DNA from: an uncultured bacterium
GTDB lineage: Bacteria > Patescibacteriota > Minisyncoccia > Moranbacterales > UBA2206
Assembly: GCA_903937035.1 (NCBI GenBank)
Contig: CAIZXS010000023.1
Location: forward strand, 1,188-65,187
DNA: 64,000 nt
Direction: 5' to 3'
In this document: piece after piece, positions 1-8,177 of the stretch
Numbering within the stretch: the first letter of the stretch is position 1
How the letters are laid out: each line of letters starts with the position of its first letter
Position numbers and translations under genes: made by a program
Notes under the pieces: generated by a model
The model's database searches: none
Told to the model about the DNA's origin: nothing
The model's input: only the letters and a program-made list of their open reading frames with translations

Positions 1-2359
1 TATGCAGCGTCAGATATTTTTTGTGCGATTTTTTAGCAAGAGATTTCTCGATCTCTCCCCCACTATCCGGGAAAAAAACGATATTTCTTATTCCAGACTT
101 GTCGATTGCAATTGCTAACTGCGAGAAATCATACCCACGATTCAGCCCTCCTAGAAAGATTGTCTCTGTGTCAGGCAAAGCTAACAGCGCCGCTATTGTC
201 GACTCGGGTGTTGTTGAGATTGCATCATCATAAAATTTTATTTTTCCAAATTCGCCCACAAACTCCAATCGGTGCGAAAGACCTTTGAAATTTTCAATGC
301 CTTTTTTAATTGCAAGTTTCGAAATACCCAAAGAATTGGCAACAGCAATCGCTGCTTTAGTATTCTCCCTATTATGCACTCCCAAAAGCGGAACTTTAAT
401 ATCGCCCAAAATTACAGTACTAAAATCCTTTGCATTTGCAGTCCCTGACCATTTTTTCAACTCCTTGTTTTTTCCATTAAATACGAACGCGTCTTTGGCA
501 TCTTGAAAATTGATAATATTTTTTTTCGCCGCATAGTATTTTTCAATACTACCATGAAAATCCATATGCTCAGGAAAAAGATTGGTTGCAACGGCAATCC
601 GCGGAGAATATTTCAAGTCATCTAACTGATAGCTAGAAAGTTCCACCACAAAAATTTCATCCGCGTCAATAGGTCTCAGAAGGACTTCGAGCATAGGACT
701 GCCAATATTACCAACCAGACACACTTTTTTCCCCGCTTCCTTCAAGATATTATAAATCAGTGAAGCTGTCGTGCTCTTGCCCTTACTCCCTGTCACTCCA
801 ATTGTGATATTTTTTACTTGCGAAAAGAACAAATTCGTTGCGGTTGTATATGGAATTACTAGAAGCTCTTTATTGATACCTGGCGTTTTTATGGCCAAGT
901 CAAAGCTCTTTTGTCTTTTTAGATAATTTTTATCAGTCGTTTTATCCGCGACATCAATCTTTACTTTGGGAAAATATTTCTTGAGATATTTTTCACTTAC
1001 CACGCCCTCCTTGCCATACCCCAAGATTAAAACATGCTTAGCGCCATATAATTTAAACTCGGCTGGCAACGTTTCCGCAGTATTCGCCGTCAAAACTTTT
1101 TCCAAAAGTTTCCCAGGATTCTTTACTTTACCAATAAACTTATTCACAACAAAGCTATCTCGAAATTTGTCTTTAGCTAAAAACAAGGCTGCTCGTGCTT
1201 CGTCAAATGTGCCCACACAATCAAAAGGCTTCATCTTCCCATAGCCTAAGATATCAGAAAATACCGCTAATAATTTTTCATCTTCATATAAATTTTTTCC
1301 AAAAATTTTCACCAATTCCTTTTTTTCAAGGAATGCTGAAAGCAATGTCCAGACAAAAACACATTTAGGACACTCACCGCACCAAAGCGTTTTTGGTCGC
1401 TCCTTTTTAACACGAAAATTCCGATTACAACTCGTGAAAAAGGGAAAATATTTCTCATATCTCGCAAACATCTCCACAATACGAATTTCATAATAGGGAC
1501 GCAAGAGGGAGAAATACAAAATATCTGGACAAATAAATTTCTTAGCATAATCCTGAAAAAGCTTTTCAAATTCTCCCGACTTGCTCCATTGATGATTGAC
1601 TTCTTCTCCGAGATAATCAATATTTCCAAAATTACTGCTATATTCATTACCTACGATCACATATGCGTAATCATACAAAACAGCTGACAAATAGCCTAAA
1701 AAAGCAAAAATAGCCGAGATCGGGATATGACCGTTATAGGCCCCCGGAAGCTCTCCAAAGATTTTCTCGTCCATCTCTCTTGAAATTACCAACTCACCAA
1801 TTTTCAACTTGCTTATAACCGTCCTAGAAATTTGATCATCTTTTTGCGTCTCAATGAGTAGCGCTGTAATATCTAGCCCGTGAGATTTCAAAAACTCCGC
1901 AGCAACGATAGAATCCTTTCCGCCACCAACGCCAACCAGCGCCCTATCTCTCATCTTCATTCTCTGCGCCACTGGTTTCACATTTTTCCCAAAAGGAAAT
2001 TTAATCAAATTTCGCGAGTCAATCTTATTGCGATAAAAAAATTCTCCCAAGCCCTTGCGATAAACCACGTCCCAAAAATCTGCCTGTTCTTTTGAAAGCG
2101 TAAATGCTGTTTTGATTTTTGGCGGACAATATGTCTTATAGTAACTTATGCCCAAAATAAGCTGCAGGCCTGTCAGCAAATTTTCTAAAAGCTCGGCCGG
2201 AATCTTTTTGACTGAAAAATTTTGCGGGAAAATAATGCTTTCCGAGAATCGAATCGCTTCCTGATTACCAAACGTTACTAAATAATCAAAAACAACCCTG
2301 GCTTTTTCTGGCTCCAGGGTAATTTCTTTAAATTCAAATGTTTTGGGGATTGGCTTCAT
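1..2359 (-). CDS. murD: Fusion protein, 3'-partial: an N-terminal ~375-aa PP-loop ATP-pyrophosphatase/QueC-like domain joined in frame to UDP-N-acetylmuramoylalanine--D-glutamate ligase MurD (MurD part begins at internal Met at 1234)
   Basis: Manual translation of the minus strand from ATG at 2359-2357 gives one uninterrupted frame to position 1. The N-terminal part has a PP-loop-like motif (ALVGVGGGKDSIV) and a QueC-style Cys cluster (FTSCN...x13...WCGECPKC). From Met at 1234 the sequence is MurD: Rossmann KHVLILGYGKEGV, P-loop GVTGSKGKSTTASL, LFPEHMDFHGS, and the C-terminal domain. It is missing from the ORF track because it runs off the window edge. Confidence 0.7.
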   Translation of the reverse strand, partial: MKPIPKTFEFKEITLEPEKARVVFDYLVTFGNQEAIRFSESIIFPQNFSVKKIPAELLENLLTGLQLILGISYYKTYCPPKIKTAFTLSKEQADFWDVVYRKGLGEFFYRNKIDSRNLIKFPFGKNVKPVAQRMKMRDRALVGVGGGKDSIVAAEFLKSHGLDITALLIETQKDDQISRTVISKLKIGELVISREMDEKIFGELPGAYNGHIPISAIFAFLGYLSAVLYDYAYVIVGNEYSSNFGNIDYLGEEVNHQWSKSGEFEKLFQDYAKKFICPDILYFSLLRPYYEIRIVEMFARYEKYFPFFTSCNRNFRVKKERPKTLWCGECPKCVFVWTLLSAFLEKKELVKIFGKNLYEDEKLLAVFSDILGYGKMKPFDCVGTFDEARAALFLAKDKFRDSFVVNKFIGKVKNPGKLLEKVLTANTAETLPAEFKLYGAKHVLILGYGKEGVVSEKYLKKYFPKVKIDVADKTTDKNYLKRQKSFDLAIKTPGINKELLVIPYTTATNLFFSQVKNITIGVTGSKGKSTTASLIYNILKEAGKKVCLVGNIGSPMLEVLLRPIDADEIFVVELSSYQLDDLKYSPRIAVATNLFPEHMDFHGSIEKYYAAKKNIINFQDAKDAFVFNGKNKELKKWSGTANAKDFSTVILGDIKVPLLGVHNRENTKAAIAVANSLGISKLAIKKGIENFKGLSHRLEFVGEFGKIKFYDDAISTTPESTIAALLALPDTETIFLGGLNRGYDFSQLAIAIDKSGIRNIVFFPDSGGEIEKSLAKKSHKKYLTLH

Positions 2360-2366
2360 CTTAGGT

Positions 2367-3938
2367 TTAGCGCTTAATCACACGCCCATTCCTGTTCCCG
2401 TTATACACAGAATCAGCAAGCACGATTTCTCCATTGACCATAACAAACTCAACTCCTTGGGAGTATTGATAGGGATTTTCAATTGTAGCTGAACTTTTAA
2501 GCTTATCCCGATCAAGAATCACTATATCAGCAAAATAACCTTTTTTCAAGACCCCTCTTTTTTTAATGCCAAACTTTAATGCTGGCGCTGATGTCATTTT
2601 GCAAATTGCCGATTCCCAGGTTAAAAGTTTCTCTTTTTTAACATATTTTTCCAATACCTTAACAAATGCTCCAAAATTACGCGGATGCACTCGCTCTCCT
2701 GTTTTGGCATGAAAGATGTCATATCCCGAGCCATTCGTTGCAATAAAAGATAGTGGGTGCGCGATAGCTTGTCTCACATTCTCTTCGCTCAGAACCTCCA
2801 CAGAAGTGACCACCATGCCCTCAGAGGCGACTAAGATGTCTATAATTACCTCCTCAACAGATCTTTCCTGACTTTGCGCAATTTCAGAAATACTATGTCG
2901 CGCCAAGGTTTTGTTGAGTGGAGAAATAGCAATCTCAATCTTAGAATAGTCGAAATCTGATTCGCGCATTTCATCGATTATTTTAGCTCGAATAACTGGA
3001 TCCTTCAATCGATGAAGCATTATTCTTTTCCCCCCTTCTGAAATCCAAACCGGCAAAAAAGAATACAAAACTGATCCCGTTGAAGTATAGGGATAGACAT
3101 CAAAGGTCACGTCAATTCCCTCTTCTTTTGCTTTGCCAATCAAATCCAACACCTCGCCCATCTTTGACCAATTCTTTTCCCCAATAACCTTCAAATGTGA
3201 AATTTGCAATCTTACGCCCGATTCCCTAGCAACACGAAGCGCCTCCTCAATCGCTTCAACAATATCTCCTTGCTCCGATCGGATATGTGTCGCATACACC
3301 CCTTTATATTTCTTTACAATTTTGGCTAGTGTCAAAAGCTCATCATAAGGAGCTAGTCTTGCATGGGAATATATTAACCCTGTCGACATCCCAAGCGCTC
3401 CCTCTTTCATAGCATTCTCTAGCGATTTCTTTAGGGCCTCAATCTCTTTTGGTAAAAGACTGCGCACCTCATCACCAATGACTCCTCGACGAAGCGTAGC
3501 GTGCCCGACTAACGTTGCAAAATTTAATGAGATCTTCTTTTCTTCAAGAACTGAAAATAATTCCTCAACTTTCAACCAACTAATATTGATTTTTTTAACA
3601 TCCACCCATTTTTGAATCGCATCAATCGTTGCCGGAGTTGCCAATGGCGCGAGTGATGTCCCGCAATTTCCACCAACAATCGTTGTAATGCCTTGATATA
3701 TCAAACTTTCCAAGTGAGGATTCAAAAAAATCCGCCAATATGTATCACTGTGGTTATTTACATCAATAAATCCAGGGCAAACCATCTTACCCTGAGCATC
3801 AATCTCAACACTCGCTCGCTCATCGCCCAATTCTCCAATTTTTCGAATCTCGTCCTCTTGAATGCCAATATCTGCCCGAAATGCCGCATTTCCAGTTCCA
3901 TCAATAATATTAGCATTTTTAATAATTATATCGTACAT
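2367..3938 (-). CDS. D-aminoacylase / N-acyl-D-amino-acid deacylase family amidohydrolase
   Basis: Motifs GFIDVNNHSD and GGNCGTSLAP match metal-dependent D-aminoacylases. It lies 7 nt upstream of the PP-loop::MurD gene on the same strand. Confidence 0.7.
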   Translation of the reverse strand: MYDIIIKNANIIDGTGNAAFRADIGIQEDEIRKIGELGDERASVEIDAQGKMVCPGFIDVNNHSDTYWRIFLNPHLESLIYQGITTIVGGNCGTSLAPLATPATIDAIQKWVDVKKINISWLKVEELFSVLEEKKISLNFATLVGHATLRRGVIGDEVRSLLPKEIEALKKSLENAMKEGALGMSTGLIYSHARLAPYDELLTLAKIVKKYKGVYATHIRSEQGDIVEAIEEALRVARESGVRLQISHLKVIGEKNWSKMGEVLDLIGKAKEEGIDVTFDVYPYTSTGSVLYSFLPVWISEGGKRIMLHRLKDPVIRAKIIDEMRESDFDYSKIEIAISPLNKTLARHSISEIAQSQERSVEEVIIDILVASEGMVVTSVEVLSEENVRQAIAHPLSFIATNGSGYDIFHAKTGERVHPRNFGAFVKVLEKYVKKEKLLTWESAICKMTSAPALKFGIKKRGVLKKGYFADIVILDRDKLKSSATIENPYQYSQGVEFVMVNGEIVLADSVYNGNRNGRVIKR

Positions 3939-3942
3939 TTTT

Positions 3943-4941
3943 TTATTTATTACTAATATATGCAGCCATTTCTACAAGCCGATTAGAATAGCCCCATTCA
4001 TTGTCATACCAACCGACAACCTTAACCAAATTGCCATTAGCCATCGTAAGTGGAAGGTCTACAATTGCGCTATGCGCATCTCCTTTAAAATCCATAGACA
4101 CTAATCCCTCATCAGTTACTGAGAGAATTCCCTTCATATCATTTTGTGCTGCATCACGAAAGGCATTGTTCAATTCATCTACCGTTGCATCTTTCTTTAA
4201 ATTACAAATAAAATCAACAATGGAAACAACTGGAGTTGGAACACGCAGAGAGATTCCATCCAGCTTACCCTCCAAATGTTTCATAACCTTGCCCACAGTT
4301 TTTGCTGCACCGGTTGTTGTTGGAATAATACTAAGAGCTGCTGCCCTTGCTCGTCGCAGATCTTTATGTGGCAAATCCAAAATGCGCTGATCATTTGTGT
4401 AGGAATGAGTAGTGGTCATAAAACCTTTCTCTAAGCCGAAATTATCATCTAAGATCTTAATTATCGGAGCGAGACAGTTGGTCGTACAAGAACCATTGGA
4501 AATAATCGCTTCGGACGGATCATACTCATTTTCATTAACCCCTAAAAGATAAATTGGAATATCATCTTTTGGTGGCGCACTAAGAATCACTTTCTTCGCG
4601 CCAGCCTCTAGGTGCTTGCTTGCTTTTTCTCGATTCTCAAAAACTCCAGTGCATTCAAGAACAATGTCAATTCCCAACTCTTTCCAAGGTAATTTTTCAG
4701 GGTCCTTCTCGGAAAAAAATTTGATCCTAGTTCCATCTATGATTAATTCTGAATTTTCCTCATCCACATTTACTTCATGAGCATAGCGACCGTAACTAGA
4801 GTCATATTTAAAAAGATGCGCAGCAGTCTTGAGATCAGTAAGATCATTGATCGCGACTACTTCCAAATCTTCTTTTTCAAAGGCGATTTTTAGACTTGGT
4901 CTACCAATTCGACCAAAACCATTGATTGCAATTTTTGTCAT
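3943..4941 (-). CDS. gap: Glyceraldehyde-3-phosphate dehydrogenase
   Basis: INGFGRIGR, SNGSCTTNCLAP, WYDNEWGYS. Start set at MTKIAING; the longer MLHVAYY extension in the ORF track is read through the upstream CATG-heptad element. Confidence 0.95.
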   Translation of the reverse strand: MTKIAINGFGRIGRPSLKIAFEKEDLEVVAINDLTDLKTAAHLFKYDSSYGRYAHEVNVDEENSELIIDGTRIKFFSEKDPEKLPWKELGIDIVLECTGVFENREKASKHLEAGAKKVILSAPPKDDIPIYLLGVNENEYDPSEAIISNGSCTTNCLAPIIKILDDNFGLEKGFMTTTHSYTNDQRILDLPHKDLRRARAAALSIIPTTTGAAKTVGKVMKHLEGKLDGISLRVPTPVVSIVDFICNLKKDATVDELNNAFRDAAQNDMKGILSVTDEGLVSMDFKGDAHSAIVDLPLTMANGNLVKVVGWYDNEWGYSNRLVEMAAYISNK

Positions 4942-5018
4942 GTAGTATGCAACATGTAACATGTAACAATTCTCCTTTTGAGCGTTGCTTCATATTTCAT
5001 GTTTTGTATTATGTAAAT
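4939..5018 (-). promoter_or_regulatory. Bipartite CATG-heptad element upstream of gap. The proximal part abuts the ATG (minus-strand reading TTGTTACATGTTACATGTTGCATACTACATG); a degenerate distal part reads CATGAAATATGAAG
   Basis: 7-nt periodic YTACATG repeats adjoining the start codon, as found at dfx, adk and rpmB. Confidence 0.5.
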
Positions 5019-5020
5019 TA

Positions 5021-5293
5021 TTATACTTCAATATCTGTTATCTTCCAGCTATCCCCCGCTACTTTTTTAATTACAAAGGCCACATTCTCAAATTCCGTAT
5101 TTTTTGCAATACTTGCAAGACCAAACTGCAAATTTTCAACACTAATATCTTCTGTGTGTTCCGGATGACCATCATGCGCCAAACTAATCAAACCAATTTC
5201 AAGATTAACTTTCTTTATTTTCGTCAATGACTTTTCCTTGGCTATCGCGCCAAGCTCATCAATTACTTCTTTTGCCAATATGAAATCATGCAT
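5021..5293 (-). CDS. HypA-like hydrogenase nickel-insertion protein N-terminal domain, lacking the C-terminal CxxC...CxxC zinc finger
   Basis: From the MHD start it aligns with the HypA N-terminus (MHE...L...L...A...KV..V.L.IG). There is no Cys in the C-terminal half. Confidence 0.4.
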   Translation of the reverse strand: MHDFILAKEVIDELGAIAKEKSLTKIKKVNLEIGLISLAHDGHPEHTEDISVENLQFGLASIAKNTEFENVAFVIKKVAGDSWKITDIEV

Positions 5294-5318
5294 ACCGATT
5301 CTTACTTTAACAATTAAC

Positions 5319-5693
5319 CTAGCTGACCCAAAGACCATGAACATTGCAATAAGCCCTCGCTGCAAGGTGCTCTGCCTCCAAGAAAAACTCCACCTGAGGC
5401 TCTGATCCCGGCTCTAGATATTTGCGATATACCCGATGTTCCGTAACAACCTCAATCCATTCAATATAATGTTCACTCTCCATTGGATGAGTAATCTCTC
5501 CGACACGTACAATCACGCCAGTATCATTTCTTTCAATCGTTGGCTTATGTTTCTCCACTCCCTCGTCTTCTGTTTTGGCAAATTGCTGCTCCATCGGGGC
5601 CCCACAGCAAACCAACTCCCCCGCGCCCCCATGTGTCATTTCAACTATGTTCCCACAAATGTTACACTTGTAGATTTGATTTAGTTCAGTCAT
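5319..5693 (-). CDS. dfx: Desulfoferrodoxin (2Fe superoxide reductase)
   Basis: Desulforedoxin-like N-terminus YKCNICGNIVEMTHGGAGELVCCGAPM. SOR domain with EKHKPTIE, HPMESEHYIEWIE and AYCNVHGLW. Start set at MTELNQ. Confidence 0.9.
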   Translation of the reverse strand: MTELNQIYKCNICGNIVEMTHGGAGELVCCGAPMEQQFAKTEDEGVEKHKPTIERNDTGVIVRVGEITHPMESEHYIEWIEVVTEHRVYRKYLEPGSEPQVEFFLEAEHLAARAYCNVHGLWVS

Positions 5694-5824
5694 AGTTATG
5701 TAGCATGAAACATGTAGCATGTAACAATTGAATGCTTCAAGCTTCGTGCGTGTTAAATAATTTTTAATCTTGTCCATCTCCCCCTTGCTCTCTCTGTTTT
5801 ATGTTTCATGTTTCATGTTTCATG
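5691..5824 (-). promoter_or_regulatory. Bipartite CATG-heptad element upstream of dfx. The proximal part reads AATTGTTACATGCTACATGTTTCATGCTACATAACT+ATG; the distal part is (CATGAAA)x3, 67 nt further upstream
   Basis: Direct read of the sequence. The distal array is the reverse complement of a (TTTCATG)n array, so it is inverted relative to the proximal YTWCATG heptads. Confidence 0.55.
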
Positions 5825-5825
5825 A

Positions 5826-7085
5826 CTAATGCACCGCGCAAGAAATGCACGGATCATAGGCACGAATGAACGCGCGCAACTTTTTTTCTTTTTCCTTATC
5901 TTTTAATTTCAAGATTTGAGGAATATATGCGGCGATATCATCTTCCAGATTAGACAAGAACTGAGCGGTTGGAGTAATGATGTTCACGTTTTTAACATAA
6001 CCCTTGGCGTCAACATCGACGTGATAATAGAGTGTTCCGCGTGGCGCTTCCACTGCTGCCGAACCCTCACCTTCTTTAATGGTATATTCTTTTGTCACGA
6101 CTTCTTCCAAATCACTGCTTAACAGCTCCAACATAATTCTTCTTGATTCTTCAATCGAATGAATGACTTCTACCATCTGCGCTAGAATATTATGGAAAGG
6201 ATTATAATCGGGGAAGTTCCATCCCAGACTTTTCAGATATTCTGAGGCCTTCAATCTTAACTTAACTCTATTATTGTTTATTCGCGCAATCGCTCCTATC
6301 ATATAGCTCTTTCCATTGTGCTCCACTCTTTTAATTATCTCGTTCTGTTTTTGCAGTTCCAAAAAGTTAGCTTCAAATTTTTCCACTGGGATATGCAAAC
6401 CAAAATTGGAAATTATATCCCCATCATAAATCGCATATTCTCCTCTCTTGTCCAGTGAAACATATTCAGTCTCTCGCGAAAAATCTGGTATTTTGATGCC
6501 GCGAAAAAATTCCCCTAGCTCCAATGCTATTTGCAAAACATCCTCTGAATTTTTAAGTATTCCTTTTAATAATTCCCTGTCTGGAGCCTTCTTAAACCCA
6601 CCCACCTCATTGGTCAGCGGATGCACAACCCTCCCACCAACCACCCTCACTATCTCCATTCCGAATTCACGAAGTTTGATTGCTTTCTTCGCCTCTTCAG
6701 GGTATTTACTCACGAGCTCAATGTCATTATCCATATCCAAGAAATCAGCTAGAGACAGAAAAAAGAGATGCAGTGAATGAGAATGAATGAACTGCGCATA
6801 TTCCATAAGTGTTCGCAGCTTTTCCGTCTCATATGTTACAGTTACGCCCATGGCATTTTCTAGAGCCTTAATCGAAGTAAGATTGTGTACGACAGGACAA
6901 ATCCCACAAATACGTTGAGCAACAAGAGGCATGTCCTTATACTCCCGCCCAACGAGAACGCCTTCAATAAGACGAATTCCCTCTTGCACCTGCAACTTGG
7001 CCGATTTAACATCACCCTTTATCACGCTTGCCATAAAGCCAGCATGACCTTCCATTTTTGCGATATGATTTATTTTGATATTCAT
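5826..7085 (-). CDS. [NiFe] hydrogenase large (catalytic) subunit, cytoplasmic group 3 type
   Basis: N-terminal RICGICPVVH. The C-terminus has DPCISCAVH, and the protein ends at that His with no C-terminal extension. Confidence 0.9.
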   Translation of the reverse strand: MNIKINHIAKMEGHAGFMASVIKGDVKSAKLQVQEGIRLIEGVLVGREYKDMPLVAQRICGICPVVHNLTSIKALENAMGVTVTYETEKLRTLMEYAQFIHSHSLHLFFLSLADFLDMDNDIELVSKYPEEAKKAIKLREFGMEIVRVVGGRVVHPLTNEVGGFKKAPDRELLKGILKNSEDVLQIALELGEFFRGIKIPDFSRETEYVSLDKRGEYAIYDGDIISNFGLHIPVEKFEANFLELQKQNEIIKRVEHNGKSYMIGAIARINNNRVKLRLKASEYLKSLGWNFPDYNPFHNILAQMVEVIHSIEESRRIMLELLSSDLEEVVTKEYTIKEGEGSAAVEAPRGTLYYHVDVDAKGYVKNVNIITPTAQFLSNLEDDIAAYIPQILKLKDKEKEKKLRAFIRAYDPCISCAVH

Positions 7086-7129
7086 GATTTAATTATACTT
7101 TATTTTTTGCAATAAGACTAGAAAAGAAC

Positions 7130-8068
7130 CTATTTAAAGTTGCAAGTAACCTTTAGCGCATTCAGATCTTCCATCGAAAGCTGCGGATTTTCCATATTTT
7201 GATCAGAGAGCAAATAATACATAATTGATTTAGGATCATCAACATGTCCAATCCCCAATGCATGACCTAATTCATGCACGATCGTTAGTCGCAGATCAGC
7301 AGTTTGTTTAAATTGATAGATATTGATTTCTATCCCGTCATAGAGTCCCTTTTCAAACTCTCGTCCGCCACCATATTTAATCTTATATGTTGATACACTT
7401 GCATTATACTCATTTACAACGCTTTTTTCCTTCGAAACCAGAGCATTTGTCTTTCCAGCCAAACTATTCACCTCCATTCGCTCTTTCTCAAGTTTATCAT
7501 GCAAGTCTCCTAGTGCATTTTTATCCGATTTCAAATCATCATATTTATCATCAGATATTCCGCCATGCTTGTTCCAATAATCCACTTCGTCATTATATTT
7601 TTTCAATTTTTTTTCATATTCTGTAACATTTTGGTTGTATTTAGCGACTTTTTGCGCATATGTCCCACTGAGGTCTTCGTATTGGTTGGCAATTTTTTTG
7701 TGTGACGCCTCTAGCTGTTCAAGACTTTGAGACAGCTCGTCCGCCTCATTAGACGCAGATTGCCGTTCATCAAAAATCAAATTAATTTTAAACTGAGACT
7801 CAGGGTCATACTCAAATAGATTTCTCCCGGATTGTCGATCCCAAGTCTTTTCCGCATCTTTCGCTACAAGCAAGAGATCATCAGTGCTCAAATTAAATCT
7901 CGGGTCAACTGTACCGATGGTATATCTAAATGGCTTAAGGCAAGACAAATTTATTCCAGTAACCTTCTGGATTTTTTCTTCTACTACCAGCTTATTTTGA
8001 GAATACACTCTCCAAAAAGAAAAAGCGATAATAGCGATAATAGCGAAATAATAAAAAAATTTCTTCAT
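7130..8068 (-). CDS. Membrane-anchored metzincin-type zinc metalloprotease with an internal ~130-aa coiled-coil insertion
   Basis: Motif HELGHALGIGH (HExxHxxGxxH) followed by a Met-turn SIMYY. N-terminal TM helix FFYYFAIIAIIAFSFW. K/E-rich heptad-like segment in the middle. Start chosen at MKKFF, which has an upstream GAGAGGA. Confidence 0.6.
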   Translation of the reverse strand: MKKFFYYFAIIAIIAFSFWRVYSQNKLVVEEKIQKVTGINLSCLKPFRYTIGTVDPRFNLSTDDLLLVAKDAEKTWDRQSGRNLFEYDPESQFKINLIFDERQSASNEADELSQSLEQLEASHKKIANQYEDLSGTYAQKVAKYNQNVTEYEKKLKKYNDEVDYWNKHGGISDDKYDDLKSDKNALGDLHDKLEKERMEVNSLAGKTNALVSKEKSVVNEYNASVSTYKIKYGGGREFEKGLYDGIEINIYQFKQTADLRLTIVHELGHALGIGHVDDPKSIMYYLLSDQNMENPQLSMEDLNALKVTCNFK

Positions 8069-8177
8069 TATTGTCCTCTCGACGGACTGTCCGCCCGTGA
8101 GTTTTTTATCCCACTTTTTAAAAATAATTGGCACAAATCTAAAATTATGCACCATAGCGGACTGTCCGCTTTTAATT

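Noticed and set aside
1-2360. Apparent 2.3-kb gene desert in the ORF track, which could suggest an alternative genetic code (UGA=Gly, as in some CPR) or a pseudogene
   Set aside because: Hand translation gives a clean standard-code ORF that runs off the window edge. All other long genes are intact with the standard code, so there is no evidence for recoding.
4942-4962. N-terminal extensions of gap (MLHVAYY), dfx (MDKIKNY...MLHVSCYIT), adk (MRRSLFCQNCYMVHAICY) and rpmB (MLYASCYMS) shown in the ORF track
   Set aside because: The extensions come from the stop-free CATG-heptad elements upstream of conserved canonical N-termini ([30 protein letters not shown]). The amino-acid-level similarity of the extensions is a consequence of the shared DNA motif. 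I cannot fully exclude translated leader peptides.
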